From: Spirochaetia bacterium
Lineage (GTDB): Bacteria; Spirochaetota; Spirochaetia; SZUA-6; Bin103
Direction of reading: 5' to 3'
Assembly (NCBI GenBank): GCA_965199955.1
Contig: CBDATQ010000002.1
Span: 864,001-928,000, forward strand
DNA: 64,000 nt
Shown: positions 49,596 through 60,273 of the stretch, one piece after another
Layout of the letters: each line of letters opens with the position of its first letter
Numbering within the stretch: the stretch's first letter is position 1
Made by a program: the position numbers and the translations under genes
The notes under the pieces: generated by a model
Databases searched by the model: none
Seen by the model: the letters and a program-made list of their open reading frames with translations, nothing else
Told to the model about the DNA's origin: nothing

Positions 49596-52346
49596 TCAGG
49601 AGGCCTTTTTCTGCCGCGTGGTGCGCTTGCTGCTTGTCGCGCTCTTGCGCCGTGCCGGCCGCTTGGCCGGTCCGCGCTCGCGGCGGAGCTGCAGCAGCTC
49701 GGCGGCCCGCTCCGGCGTGATCGTCTCCACCGCGTTGCCGGTACGGAGCGAGGCGTTGGTCTGGCCGTCGGTGACGTACGGGCCCCAGCGGCCCTCCTTG
49801 ATCACCATCGGCTGGCCGGTCGCCGGGTCGGCGCCGAGCTCGCGCAGCGGGGGCTGGGCGGCCGCCTGCCGGCGGCGTCCCTTCGGTTGCGCCAGGATCG
49901 CCAGGCACTCGTCCAGGGTGACGGTGAACATCAATTCCTCGGACTCCAGCGTGCGGCTGTCCGACCCCTTCTGGATGTACGGCCCGTAGCGTCCGTTCTG
50001 GGCGGTGATCGGCGTGCCGTCGGCGGGGTCCGTCCCAACCGTCCGGGGCAGCGTCAGCAGCTTCAGGGCATCGGCCAGCTCGATGCCGTCCAGGGTCATC
50101 GACCGCAGCAGCGACGCGGTTTTCGGCTTCTTCTTGCCGGTGTCCCCGGCGGTGCCGACCTGCACGTACGGTCCGAAGCGGCCGGCGCGGGCGATCACCG
50201 GCAGGCCGGTGTCCGGATCCTCCCCGAGCACGCGGTCGTCGTCGGGCTTGTCGATCAGCTCCAGGGCTGCCTCCACGGTCAGCTCGTCGGGGGGGATCTC
50301 CCCCGGGATGGTGGCGCGCTGCGGGCCGCGCTCCACGTACGGACCGAAGCGGCCCACGCGCGCCACGATGCCGGCGCCGCTGCCGTCGGTGCCGATCGCC
50401 ACGGAGTTCACCGCGCGCGCGTCGATCCGGTCCAGGCGGTCGGACACCATCGCCTTGAGGCCCGGGGCCTCGGGCTCCGACGCCGTCCTGCCGGATTCCC
50501 CGCCGTCCTGCGCGCCGTCGTCCGCGGGTGCGGGAACTTCGGCGCCGAAGTAGAAGCGGCGCAGCCACGGCTGCACGTCCTCGTCACCGGTGGCGATGTT
50601 GTCCAGCTCGTCCTCCATGCGCGCGGTGAAGGTGTAGTCGACCAGGTCGGAGAAGTGCTGCTCCAGCAGCCGCACGACCGAGAACGCGGTGAAGGTGGGA
50701 ACCAGCGCGGTGCCCCGCTTCCACACGTAGCCGCGGTCCTGGATGGTGTTCATGATCGACGCGTAGGTGGACGGCCGGCCCACGCCCAGCTCCTCCAGCC
50801 GCTTGACCAGTGAGGCTTCCGTGTAGCGGGCGGGAGGCGAGGTCTCGTGGCCAGCCGGCTCGAGCCCTTCGAGGCCGAGCCGGTCGCCGTCGGCGACCGC
50901 CGGCAGCGGCCGCTCCGTATCGCCGCTCGCCCGCGCCGCGGCGCCGCCCTCGGCGTCGGCACCCTCGGAATACACGCGGCGGAAGCCGTAGTGGCTGATC
51001 GTGGTGCCGGCCGCGGTGAACTCGGCGTCGCGCCCGTCGGCCGCCGCGCCGGCCACCCGCACCTGCACCGTGCTTCCGATGGCGTCGGTCATCTGCGAGG
51101 CGACCGTCCGCTTCCAGATCAACTCGTAGGCCCTCGCCTCGTCGCGCGACAGGGAGCCGCGCAACTCCTCCGGGGTGCGGAAGCGGTCGCCGGCCGGCCG
51201 GATGGCCTCGTGCGCCTCCTGCGCGTTCTTGACCTTCTTGGCGTAGCGGCGCGGCGAGTCCGGCAGGTAGTCGGCCCCGAAACGCTGCGCGATGGCGTCG
51301 CGCGCGGCGTTCAGGGCGGCCTGCGAGAGCGTCGTGCTGTCGGTGCGCATGTAGGTGATGTAGCCCTTCTCGTACAGCGACTGCGCCACGCGCATGGCCG
51401 CCGCGGCCGACATGCGCAGCTTGCGGCCCGCCTCCTGCTGGAAGGTGGAGGTCATGAACGGCGCGGCCGGCCGCCGGCGGTACGGTTTGCGCTCCACGCC
51501 GCGCACGCGGAACTCCGTCTCCTTCAGCCCCTCAGCGAGCGTGCGTGCGGCGCTCTCGTCCAGGTGGACGGTGTTCGGGCGCTTGAGCTCGCCTGCCTGG
51601 GTGAAGCTGGAGCCGGAGGCCACCGGCTTGCCGTCCAAGGTGGCGAGCCCGGCGCTGAAGTCGCGCGGCGCATCCGCGTCCACCGGACCGGTGACGCCGA
51701 AGGTGGCGGTCAGGCTCCAGTAGCCGGTCACCACGAATGCCATGCGCTCGCGCTCGCGCTCGACGGCGATGCGGGTGGCGACGCTCTGCACGCGACCGGC
51801 CGAGAGGCGCGGCTGGACCTTCTTCCACAGCACCGGGGACACCTCGTAGCCGTACAGGCGGTCCAGGATGCGCCGCGCTTCCTGCGCGTCCACCAGCCGG
51901 CGGTCGATGTCGCGCGGCTCGGCGATCGCGGCTTCGATGGCCGGGCGGGTGATCTCGTGAAACACCATGCGCTTCACGTCCATGCCCTTGGGCGGCTTCA
52001 GCTCCTGGTACAGGTGCCAGGCGATCGCCTCGCCCTCGCGGTCCTCGTCCGTGGCCAGGTACAGCACCTCGGCCTTGGCCAGCAGGTCTTTCAGCTTGCG
52101 GATCTGGCGGCGCTTGTCGGGCGGCACCACGTACAGCGGCTTGAAGCCGTTGTCGACGTCGATGCCCAGGCGCGCCCACGGCTGCTGCTTGTAGCGGGCG
52201 GGAATGTCGGCGGCGCTGCGGGGCAGGTCGCGGATGTGGCCGATCGACGACTCGACCACGAAGCCTGAGCCCAGGAAGCGGGCGATGGTGTTGGCCTTGG
52301 CCGGCGACTCGACGATCACCAGGGCCTTGGCGGCGGTCTTTGGCAC
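49596..52346 (-). CDS. topA: DNA topoisomerase I
   Basis: IVESPAKA, ATDEDREGEAI, SAGRVQS, YITYMRTDS; C-terminal GRFGPY repeats and basic tail. Confidence 0.97.
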   Translation of the reverse strand: MPKTAAKALVIVESPAKANTIARFLGSGFVVESSIGHIRDLPRSAADIPARYKQQPWARLGIDVDNGFKPLYVVPPDKRRQIRKLKDLLAKAEVLYLATDEDREGEAIAWHLYQELKPPKGMDVKRMVFHEITRPAIEAAIAEPRDIDRRLVDAQEARRILDRLYGYEVSPVLWKKVQPRLSAGRVQSVATRIAVERERERMAFVVTGYWSLTATFGVTGPVDADAPRDFSAGLATLDGKPVASGSSFTQAGELKRPNTVHLDESAARTLAEGLKETEFRVRGVERKPYRRRPAAPFMTSTFQQEAGRKLRMSAAAAMRVAQSLYEKGYITYMRTDSTTLSQAALNAARDAIAQRFGADYLPDSPRRYAKKVKNAQEAHEAIRPAGDRFRTPEELRGSLSRDEARAYELIWKRTVASQMTDAIGSTVQVRVAGAAADGRDAEFTAAGTTISHYGFRRVYSEGADAEGGAAARASGDTERPLPAVADGDRLGLEGLEPAGHETSPPARYTEASLVKRLEELGVGRPSTYASIMNTIQDRGYVWKRGTALVPTFTAFSVVRLLEQHFSDLVDYTFTARMEDELDNIATGDEDVQPWLRRFYFGAEVPAPADDGAQDGGESGRTASEPEAPGLKAMVSDRLDRIDARAVNSVAIGTDGSGAGIVARVGRFGPYVERGPQRATIPGEIPPDELTVEAALELIDKPDDDRVLGEDPDTGLPVIARAGRFGPYVQVGTAGDTGKKKPKTASLLRSMTLDGIELADALKLLTLPRTVGTDPADGTPITAQNGRYGPYIQKGSDSRTLESEELMFTVTLDECLAILAQPKGRRRQAAAQPPLRELGADPATGQPMVIKEGRWGPYVTDGQTNASLRTGNAVETITPERAAELLQLRRERGPAKRPARRKSATSSKRTTRQKKAS

Positions 52347-52401
52347 GGGCAGAACATACGGCCCGCCTGCCGACCGTTGTCAAGCGAGCCGCGGAGCCGG
52401 C

Positions 52402-53184
52402 TCAGAGCGCGGCCAGGGCGGTGTCCTCGATCGCCTGCAGCGGGGTGAAGTCGCGCTGGTTCTGGAACCAGGGGCGGTCGCCGTTGGTGCAGGCGTTGCC
52501 GCACGCGTTGTAGATCAGGTACAGGATCGCGCGCCGCCACGGCGAGATGTTGTTGGCCGAGCCGTGGATGAGGTTGCAGTCGACCAACGCCACGGTGCCG
52601 GCGGCGCCGATCAGCGGCTCGATGCCGTTCTCGCCGGCCAGGCGGGCGACGGTGTCGCGGTCCAGCTCGTACAGCGAGTAGCCCTTGACGTCTCGGTGCA
52701 GCTCGATCGAGTCGATGAAGCCGTGGCGGTGCGAGCGCGGGATCACCAGCAGCGGCGAGCGCGCCACCGGGCAATCGTCGATGAACACCGACGCCATGAT
52801 GCAGTCCGGCCGCTCCATGCCGTCGACCCGCTGCCAGGCGCTGTAGTCCTGGTGCCAGTCCCAGCGGGCTCCGGAGCCGAAGCCCTCCTTGGGGTTGAGG
52901 CGGCTCTGGTGCAGGTACACCTCGTCTTCCAGCAACTGCCGGCACGGCGCAAGCAGCCGCGGCAGCAGCGACAGCCGGCGGAACGGCTCCGAGTAGAGGT
53001 GCGTGCCGAACACCAGCCGCGCGGCGGCCCCGTCCTGCTCGCGGATCACCTCCGGCCCGGTGCGGGCCATGACCTCCGGCAGCGCGGCGCGCAGCGCCTC
53101 CACCTCCGCGGTGTCGAGGAGTCCCTCTAACAGCAGGTAACCGGTCTCCCGGTACTGCCGGATCTGGTCTTCGCTCAGCCGCAC
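52402..53184 (-). CDS. PhyH-family 2OG-Fe(II) dioxygenase (ectoine/proline hydroxylase-like)
   Basis: YLHQSRLNPK, WHQD, IPRSH, HGSANNISP. Confidence 0.85.
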   Translation of the reverse strand: MRLSEDQIRQYRETGYLLLEGLLDTAEVEALRAALPEVMARTGPEVIREQDGAAARLVFGTHLYSEPFRRLSLLPRLLAPCRQLLEDEVYLHQSRLNPKEGFGSGARWDWHQDYSAWQRVDGMERPDCIMASVFIDDCPVARSPLLVIPRSHRHGFIDSIELHRDVKGYSLYELDRDTVARLAGENGIEPLIGAAGTVALVDCNLIHGSANNISPWRRAILYLIYNACGNACTNGDRPWFQNQRDFTPLQAIEDTALAAL

Positions 53185-53231
53185 GAGTACATCTTACCGG
53201 AGTACCCTGCACCCGTGACGCACCAGGAGCG

Positions 53232-55049
53232 ATGCCGATGAGCGGACATGCCGCCACCACAGCAACGCGAAACCGCAACCCCGGCGCGATGGACGGCCCG
53301 AACAAGGCGCGCCCGTCGGTGTCGCGCGCCAGCATCCACCGCGTGCTGGTCACCATCATCTGGCCGCGGCGCTGGATGCTCTTGCTCGGGCTGGTCCTGA
53401 TCGGCGTCAACAAGCTGGCCGGGCTGGTGCTCCCCTGGGCGTCCAAGGTGCTCATCGACGACGTCATCGGGCAGCAGAACACGTCGCTGCTGCCGCTGCT
53501 GCTGGCCGGCGTGGGCGGCGCCGTCGTGATGCAAGCGGCCAGCTCGTTCCTGCAGACGCGGCTGCTCAGCGTGCAGGCGCAGCACCTGATCTCCATCCTG
53601 CGCGCGCGCGTGCAGCGCCACCTGATCCGCCTGCCGGTCGCCTTCTTCGACGACAACCAGACCGGGGCGCTGACTTCGCGCGTGATGCGCGATGTGGAGG
53701 GGGTGCGCAACCTGATCGGCACCGGGCTCGCGCACCTGGTGGGCGGGGCGCTGACCTCCGTGGTGGTGCTGATCCTGATGCTGCGCATCAGCGTGCCGAT
53801 GACGCTGTTCACGCTGGTGCCGATCGCCCTGTTCGGCGTGCTGTCGGGCCGGGCGTTCCGGGCGATCCGCCCCGTCTTTCGCGAGCGCGGCGCCATCAAC
53901 GCGGAGGTCACCGGCCGGCTCACCGAGTCGCTGAGCGGCATCCGCGTGATCAAGGGCTTCCACGCCGAGAAGCATGAAGATGAGATCTTCTCCCGCGGCG
54001 TGCAGCGCATCTTCCAGAACGTGCGCAAGTCGCTGACCGCCACCAGCCTGCTGACCAGCGGCGGCGCGCTGATCATGGGGCTCTCCGCGGTGCTGATCAT
54101 GGCCGTGGGTGCGTCGCTGATCCTGCGCGGCGCCATGACCGTGGGCGACTTCGTCTCCTTCAGCCTGTACCTGGCCGTGATGGTCGCGCCCGTGGTGCAG
54201 ATGACCCGCATCGGCACCGAGATCACCGAGGCGTTCGCTGGCCTGGACCGCACGGAGGAGCTGCTGGCCAATCCGCCGGAGGGTCACGAGCCGGACCGCA
54301 CCGTGGCGCTGCCGCGCGTGCAAGGCGACATCGTCTTCGACGGCGTCTCCTTCGGCTACCGGGAGGACCAGGCGGTGCTGCACGGCGTCAGCCTGCGGGC
54401 GGCCGCGGGCACGATGACCGCGCTGGTGGGCACCTCGGGCTCCGGCAAGACCACGATCGCGGGACTGGCGGCCTCCTTCCTGGTCCCCGATACCGGCACG
54501 GTCACCGTCGACGGCCACGACCTGACGACCGTCACCCTGGACAGCTACCGCAGCCAGCTCGGCGTGGTGCTGCAGGACGAGTTCCTGTTCGAGGGCACCA
54601 TCCGCGACAACATCCTGTTCGCCCGTCCGGACGCGAGCGAGGAGGCGCTGCGACGGGCGGTGCGCGCCGCGCACGTGGACGAATTCACCGACCGCTTCGA
54701 CGACGGGCTGGAGACCCTGATCGGCGAGCGCGGCGTCAAGCTGTCCGGCGGCCAGCGGCAGCGGGTCGCTCTGGCGCGCGCCATGCTGGCTGACCCGCGC
54801 GTGCTGATCCTGGACGAGGCGACCTCGAACCTGGACACCGCGAGCGAGGCGCTCATCCAGCAGAGCCTGGCCGAGTTGATGGTCGGGCGCACCACGCTGG
54901 TGATCGCCCACCGCCTGAGCACGATCCGGCGCGCCGACCAGATCCTGGTGGTGGAGGAGGGCTGCATCGTCGAGCGCGGCACCCACGACCAGCTCATCGC
55001 CGCGGACGGCCGCTACCGCACGCTCTACGAGTACCAGGCGCGCATCTGA
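53232..55049 (+). CDS. ABC exporter ATP-binding/permease (MsbA-like)
   Basis: 6-TM domain, [30 protein letters not shown]. Confidence 0.92.
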   Translation: MPMSGHAATTATRNRNPGAMDGPNKARPSVSRASIHRVLVTIIWPRRWMLLLGLVLIGVNKLAGLVLPWASKVLIDDVIGQQNTSLLPLLLAGVGGAVVMQAASSFLQTRLLSVQAQHLISILRARVQRHLIRLPVAFFDDNQTGALTSRVMRDVEGVRNLIGTGLAHLVGGALTSVVVLILMLRISVPMTLFTLVPIALFGVLSGRAFRAIRPVFRERGAINAEVTGRLTESLSGIRVIKGFHAEKHEDEIFSRGVQRIFQNVRKSLTATSLLTSGGALIMGLSAVLIMAVGASLILRGAMTVGDFVSFSLYLAVMVAPVVQMTRIGTEITEAFAGLDRTEELLANPPEGHEPDRTVALPRVQGDIVFDGVSFGYREDQAVLHGVSLRAAAGTMTALVGTSGSGKTTIAGLAASFLVPDTGTVTVDGHDLTTVTLDSYRSQLGVVLQDEFLFEGTIRDNILFARPDASEEALRRAVRAAHVDEFTDRFDDGLETLIGERGVKLSGGQRQRVALARAMLADPRVLILDEATSNLDTASEALIQQSLAELMVGRTTLVIAHRLSTIRRADQILVVEEGCIVERGTHDQLIAADGRYRTLYEYQARI

Positions 55050-55067
55050 CGGCGCCCGGCCGGACGC

Positions 55068-56045
55068 TCAGGCGGCGCGGCGCGCGACGTCGATGAGGGC
55101 GCGGATGTAGCCGATCGCGTAGGCGCGGCCGCGGTGGCCCCAGTCGGTGTCCTCGACCATCGCCGGCACGTGGTCGGTGATCATGAAGCCCGTGAAGCCC
55201 ACCTCGTGCAGCGCCTGCACCACCGCGAAGGTGTCCTGGTTGCCCTCGTCGATGAAGCACTCGTTGAAGCACGGCACCTCGCCCTGCACGTCGCGGAAGT
55301 GCACGTAGACAATCCGCTTCCGGCCGCCGAAGTGGCGCACGGCGTCGACTACGCCGGCAGGCCCCATCTCCGACCAGCAGCCCATGCAGAAGTCCAGCCC
55401 GTGGTTGGGGCTGTCGAAGGTGTCGATGGCGCGCTTGAAGCCTTCGAAGTTGCGGAAGATGCGGGCGACGCCGCCCAGCGACGGCACCGGCGGGTCGTCC
55501 GGGTGCAGGGCCAGGGTGATGCCCGCCTCCTCGGCGACCGGCAGGATCGCGCCCAGGTAGTGCTCGTAGTTGGCCCACATCTCGTCCTCGTCGAAGACGC
55601 GGCCGTGGGTCAGGGGCGCGTCGCCGTGCTCGGCCAGGTCGAAGCGGGTCGCCAGCGCGCCGCCGCGCAGTCGCTCGCGCTCGGGCGAGCGCCATACCTG
55701 GTTCGGCATCCAGTGGTAGCCCAGGATCGGGATGCCGGCGCGGCCCATGTTGCGGATGGTCGCCTGCATGTTCTCGATCTGCTCGTCGCGGCCGGGCAGG
55801 CCCAGCATGGCCTTGTCGTAGAAGCTCACCGGCACGTTTTCCAGGCACATCAGCCGCAGCTCGGCGGCGTCCGCGCGCTCGCGCAGCGCCACCAGGTCGT
55901 CCAGCTCCCAGCGGCCGGTGCGGGGCAGGTTCGGGGTGTTCATCAGGAAGTCGTCGGCGCCGACCTGCTTGATGAAGGCGAGCTTCTCGTCGGTGAGGTC
56001 GCTGAACTGGCCCAGGGCGATCCTCATCTCGTTTGCTGACCGCAT
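55068..56045 (-). CDS. uxuA: Mannonate dehydratase
   Basis: ILGYHWMP, ALHPDDPP, GLDFCMG, YVHFRDV, DHVP, AYAIGY; GGAGG SD. Confidence 0.9.
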   Translation of the reverse strand: MRSANEMRIALGQFSDLTDEKLAFIKQVGADDFLMNTPNLPRTGRWELDDLVALRERADAAELRLMCLENVPVSFYDKAMLGLPGRDEQIENMQATIRNMGRAGIPILGYHWMPNQVWRSPERERLRGGALATRFDLAEHGDAPLTHGRVFDEDEMWANYEHYLGAILPVAEEAGITLALHPDDPPVPSLGGVARIFRNFEGFKRAIDTFDSPNHGLDFCMGCWSEMGPAGVVDAVRHFGGRKRIVYVHFRDVQGEVPCFNECFIDEGNQDTFAVVQALHEVGFTGFMITDHVPAMVEDTDWGHRGRAYAIGYIRALIDVARRAA

Positions 56046-56253
56046 GTCGTCCTCCTCTCTCGTGCGCTCACGCGACGCGGAACGACCAGATGCTGGCCGC
56101 GCGCAGGTGGAAGCGAATATAGACCGGACGGCCCTGCAGCGCGTCACGTCGATCGGCCGGTACTGCGGCATGGGAGCGTTCTCGCCTTGGGGGACGACCA
56201 TTCCATCAGCCACGGCCACCGTCAATCGCCGGCCGTGTGATAGCCTTGTTTCG

Positions 56254-56384
56254 ATGGAAAACCGGACGCTGCTCGACGGCCGGCTGGAGGTGCGCACCGG
56301 CGACATCACCGGCAGTTGATCCTGGTCTTCTTTTCGGGCGATGATGCGCAAGGCTTTCTGGACGTGATCGCACAAACCGACTGA
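56254..56384 (+). pseudogene. Macro-domain (O-acetyl-ADP-ribose deacetylase-like) gene with its centre deleted
   Basis: MENRTLLDGRLEVRTGDIT* then an out-of-frame C-terminal-like LILVFFSGDDAQGFLDVIAQTD*. Confidence 0.5.
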
Positions 56385-56401
56385 GCCGTAGGGAAGAAGC
56401 T

Positions 56402-57346
56402 ATGGGACAGCAGGGCACGCTCGTACAGGAACGGCCGCTCGTGCAGGAGCGGCTGGACGCGGAGGGGCCGCCGGCGGCCGCGCCGTTGCCGACGCGCCGG
56501 CTGGGCAAGACCGAGCTGGAGGTGCCGATCCTGGGCTACGGAAGTGCGCCGGGCGGCATGGGCCTTTCCGACAGCGAGGCGATCGGCCTCCTGCACCGGG
56601 CGATCGATCTGGGCGTCACCTACCTGGACACCGCCCCCGGCTACGGCCAGGCGCACAAGCAGCTCTGCGAGGTGCTGGCCGACCGCCGGGACGAGGTGAT
56701 CGTCGCCACCAAGGCTCCGGTGGACACCAAGCAGGAGGCGCTCGACTCGCTCACGAAGTCGCTGCGCGACCTGGACGTCGATCATGTCGACATCGCCTAT
56801 GTCCACAACCTGGGTCCGCGCGACGCCGAGCTGGTGCTGGGCAGCGACGGCGCGCTGGCCGGATTGCAGGAGGCCAAGCGTTCCGGCATGGCGCGCTTCA
56901 TCGGCTTCACCAGCCACTCCCACCCGGGGCAGGCCGCGCGGGCGCTCGCCGAGCACGACGTGGACGTGATCATGGTGCCGGTCAACTACGGCGACCAGCA
57001 CACGTACAGGTGGGAGCGGCAGGTGCTGCCGGTCGCGCACGAGAGCGACGTCGGGATCGCGGCGATGAAGGTGTACGGCGGCGCCACGAAGATGCACTAC
57101 GAAGAGCCGACGCCGGCGGCGCTCACCGTCCGGGGGCCAGTGGACCACGAACCGGCGATGCGCTGGGCGCTGGAGCAGACCGGCGTGGCCATCGCCGTGA
57201 TCGGCATGTTCAGCGAGGCTGAGATCGAGCAGAACGTGCGCTGGGCGCACCGCGTACGGGAGCTGACAGCCGACGAGCGACGGATGCTCGACCACGAGGG
57301 CAAGGCGCTCGCCGAGTCGTGGGGCGAGCACTTCGGGCCTTCCTGA
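56402..57346 (+). CDS. Aldo/keto reductase
   Basis: RRLGKTELEV, YLDTAPGY, VATK, IGFTSH, IAAMK. Confidence 0.9.
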   Translation: MGQQGTLVQERPLVQERLDAEGPPAAAPLPTRRLGKTELEVPILGYGSAPGGMGLSDSEAIGLLHRAIDLGVTYLDTAPGYGQAHKQLCEVLADRRDEVIVATKAPVDTKQEALDSLTKSLRDLDVDHVDIAYVHNLGPRDAELVLGSDGALAGLQEAKRSGMARFIGFTSHSHPGQAARALAEHDVDVIMVPVNYGDQHTYRWERQVLPVAHESDVGIAAMKVYGGATKMHYEEPTPAALTVRGPVDHEPAMRWALEQTGVAIAVIGMFSEAEIEQNVRWAHRVRELTADERRMLDHEGKALAESWGEHFGPS

Positions 57347-57350
57347 CGGC

Positions 57351-58028
57351 GTGGTATTGCGCGGCGAGCGGCACGTCATCGTCTCGGAGAGCGTCAACCG
57401 CGGCTACTGGACGGGCGGCCATTATCCGGAGGCGTGGACGCCGGTCAGCGTCTTCAGGCGCTACGACCCGGAGCCCCAGGGGTCCGGGGTGGAGCCCCAC
57501 TATCACGACGGCGACGAGTTCTGGCTGTTCGCCGAAGGGGACGGCGAGGTATGGCTGGGTGACCGGGTGCACCCGATCACGCCCAACACCGCCGTCTACA
57601 CACCGCGCGGCGTCGTGCACCGCTTCCAGATGTTCACGGAGTTCCAGAACAACGCGCTGGTGACGCGCCTGGAAGTCCGGCAGCGCCAGGGCCACCTGGT
57701 GCCGGCGGCCGACGGCGAACCTCGCGCCCTCGCCGCGCCGATCATCGTCGGCGGCGAGGAGAACTCGGGTCCCTTTCTGGATCGCGGCCCGCGCTGTCCG
57801 CTGAGCGAGCTGCGGGTGGTCGATCTGGGGACCGGCGAGGCCCCCTCGGACCTGGACGGAGCTGCACTGACCAACGAGCACCTGCTGGTGCTCAGCGGCG
57901 CCGTCGAGCTGACGGCGGACGGCGTGACCGTGACAATGGCTCGCGGCGACGTCGCCCTCCTGCGAGCCGACGCGTCACGCCGGGTGGCGAGCACAGCCGG
58001 GGCGCGCGTGGCGCTGGCGCGGGAATGA
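57351..58028 (+). CDS. Cupin-domain protein
   Basis: EPHYHDGDEFW..YTPRGVVH. Confidence 0.75.
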   Translation: MVLRGERHVIVSESVNRGYWTGGHYPEAWTPVSVFRRYDPEPQGSGVEPHYHDGDEFWLFAEGDGEVWLGDRVHPITPNTAVYTPRGVVHRFQMFTEFQNNALVTRLEVRQRQGHLVPAADGEPRALAAPIIVGGEENSGPFLDRGPRCPLSELRVVDLGTGEAPSDLDGAALTNEHLLVLSGAVELTADGVTVTMARGDVALLRADASRRVASTAGARVALARE

Positions 58029-58517
58029 CCGGCCAGGAGACCGGGAGCGGCGACAAAGGCTCGCCCGTAAGGCCCGTGGCGGCGGGTCGCAGGCGAGATG
58101 GCGCTCGAGCACCCGCTGTTCAACGTCGAGTGCCAGGAGATTGCCGCCGGTGAGGACCGTCGGGACGTCGTCGCCATCCATACCGGAAACTGGGTGAACG
58201 TGATCCCCATACGCGACGACGGGCACGTGGTCCTGATCCGCCAGTGGCGCTTCGGGATCGCCGCGCCGACGCTGGAGATCCCCGGCGGCGTGGTCGATCC
58301 CGGCGAGTTACCGCACGAGGCCGCTCAACGGGAACTGCTGGAAGAGGCCGGCTACCGTGCGGCGCGGTGGACCCCGCGCGGCGACGGCGACGAGGAGATC
58401 GAGGTCGACTCAGCCCCTCTCGCGAGCATCCCTGACCTGATACGCGATGGCCGCATTTCCCACTCGTTGGTAATCGTCGCGTTCCATCTGCTGTCCCTGC
58501 GTGGAGGTGAACATTGA
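58025..58517 (+). pseudogene. NUDIX hydrolase (ADP-ribose pyrophosphatase-like), frameshifted and internally deleted
   Basis: ATGA-coupled start 58025 is out of frame (+1 near 58073); intact Nudix box GGVVDPGE..RELLEEAGY; segment missing between ARWTP and DEEIEV. Confidence 0.65.
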
Positions 58518-58828
58518 AACGCATCGTGATCGTCGTTGTCGTGCTCGTTGCCACGCTGGTGCTGGCTAGCTGCGCCGCCGGCCCCAACTCGCTGGTCGGC
58601 TTAGCCGACGACGAAGGCCGGCTTGCCGGCTTCGGGTTGGGTATCTGGCACGGGGTGATCGCACCGATCACCTTCGTGATTTCGCTCTTCTCGGAACGCG
58701 TGCACCTGTACGAGGTCCACAACAACGGCAACTGGTACAACTTGGGATTCATGATCGGCCTGTGGGTTTCGATCGCCGGTCCCGCCCACGGCACGGCCCG
58801 CAAGCGGCGTCGCCGATCGCCCGAGTGA
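58514..58828 (+). CDS. Conserved small membrane lipoprotein
   Basis: Lipobox LASC; AGFGLGIWHG..SLF..YEVHNNGNWYNLGF. Confidence 0.7.
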   Translation: MKRIVIVVVVLVATLVLASCAAGPNSLVGLADDEGRLAGFGLGIWHGVIAPITFVISLFSERVHLYEVHNNGNWYNLGFMIGLWVSIAGPAHGTARKRRRRSPE

Positions 58829-59065
58829 GGGCGTTGGCGCTCGCGGGCTTTCTGCTGTCGCTTCGAGGTTCGCTTCGCTCACTCGGTCCGGCCGTCGCGG
58901 AACGGTGTCTCCCGTCCGGGTTCCCGACGGTCCGTAGCATCGAGGTTCGCACCGCGTGGGATGTTGTCCACAAGCCATCTCCCGAGTGGTTTTGGCGCTC
59001 GCGTACTGGAGTGCAACAGCTCGGACGGCACGACGACGAGCGTTGCCCCGGACGTGGCGACCGCC

Positions 59066-60136
59066 TCAGCCGCCGAGGTCGATGCCGTAATCGGCCGGGT
59101 CCATGCCCGAGTCCTCGGCCAGGCCGCGCAGGCTGATGAGGACGTCCTCGGGCATCTCGATGCCTTCCAGCAGTGCGCGCTCGCGCTGCTCCCATTCCAT
59201 CTGGCCGGGCAGGAAGATGCGCTGGCCGGGGGCCATCTCCGCGCCGGCGATCTCCTCGCTCATGGCGCCGATGCGCTGGTGGAACTCGGCGGCCGGCATG
59301 ATCGCGCCCACGTCGATGGCGATGAAGGCGTGCCCCTGGTCGGACGGCTCCGGATCGTCGGACACCCAGCTATGCACGCCGCTCATCATCGCGGACCCGG
59401 TGAGCACGGCGGTCAGGACCTCCACGAACACCGCCAGCCCGTAGCCCTTGTGGCCGGCCATCGGGAGTTGCGCCCCTGCTTCCGGAAAGATGGTCGGGTC
59501 CGTGGTGGGAACGCCGTCCTCGTCCACCAACCAGGTGTCCGGGATCGAGCGCCCCTCGTTCTTGGCCGCGAAGATCTTGGTCGCCGCGACCGCGCTGGTG
59601 GCCACGTCCAGCATGATCGTACGCTCGGTCCCGGTCGGCGCCGCCCAGGCGATGGGGTTGGTGCCGAGGATGCGGCTCTTGCCGCCCGGCACAGTCATGC
59701 ACGGCTCCACGTTGCACATGGACATGCCGAACATGCCGTGCTCGGCGATCATGTTGGCGTAGTAGCCGGCGGCGCCGTAGTGGCTGGAGCGGCGCACGCC
59801 CACGTAGGCCATGCCGGTCTGGCGCGCCTTGGCGATGGCGATCTCCACCGCCCGGAAGGAGATGGCCGGCGGCATGCCGTCCCGCGCGTCGACGACCGCC
59901 CAGGAGGGACCCTCGGCGACGATCCGCTCCTGCGCGTCGGCGACCAGCCGGCCGCGCCGGGCGTTCTTCATCAGCCCGCGGATCTGCCGCGTGCCATGGG
60001 TGAACGTGCCCCAGGTGTCGGTCGTGACGAATACGCGGGCCGACAGCTCCGCGTCCTGCTGGCTCAAGCCCGCGCGCCGCATCGCCTCGATGCAGAACGC
60101 CTCCAGCGCCTCGGCTCGAATCTTCACGGCTGCCAT
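59066..60136 (-). CDS. Ldh_2 family oxidoreductase
   Basis: WGTFTHG, SSHYGAAG, GTNPIA, LDVATS, GHKGYGLA, FLPG. Confidence 0.9.
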   Translation of the reverse strand: MAAVKIRAEALEAFCIEAMRRAGLSQQDAELSARVFVTTDTWGTFTHGTRQIRGLMKNARRGRLVADAQERIVAEGPSWAVVDARDGMPPAISFRAVEIAIAKARQTGMAYVGVRRSSHYGAAGYYANMIAEHGMFGMSMCNVEPCMTVPGGKSRILGTNPIAWAAPTGTERTIMLDVATSAVAATKIFAAKNEGRSIPDTWLVDEDGVPTTDPTIFPEAGAQLPMAGHKGYGLAVFVEVLTAVLTGSAMMSGVHSWVSDDPEPSDQGHAFIAIDVGAIMPAAEFHQRIGAMSEEIAGAEMAPGQRIFLPGQMEWEQRERALLEGIEMPEDVLISLRGLAEDSGMDPADYGIDLGG

Positions 60137-60273
60137 CGGTTCATGATCCTCCCGTCTGTGCGCATGCTCGGATGGTATGCGCCCATGCCCGCGAAGGGAA
60201 ACTCCGCCGCGGCGCCTGCCGGAGTCGGGCCGGGAGTGCCTCGACCGACCGAATCGGGTACGTTTGGTACAGG

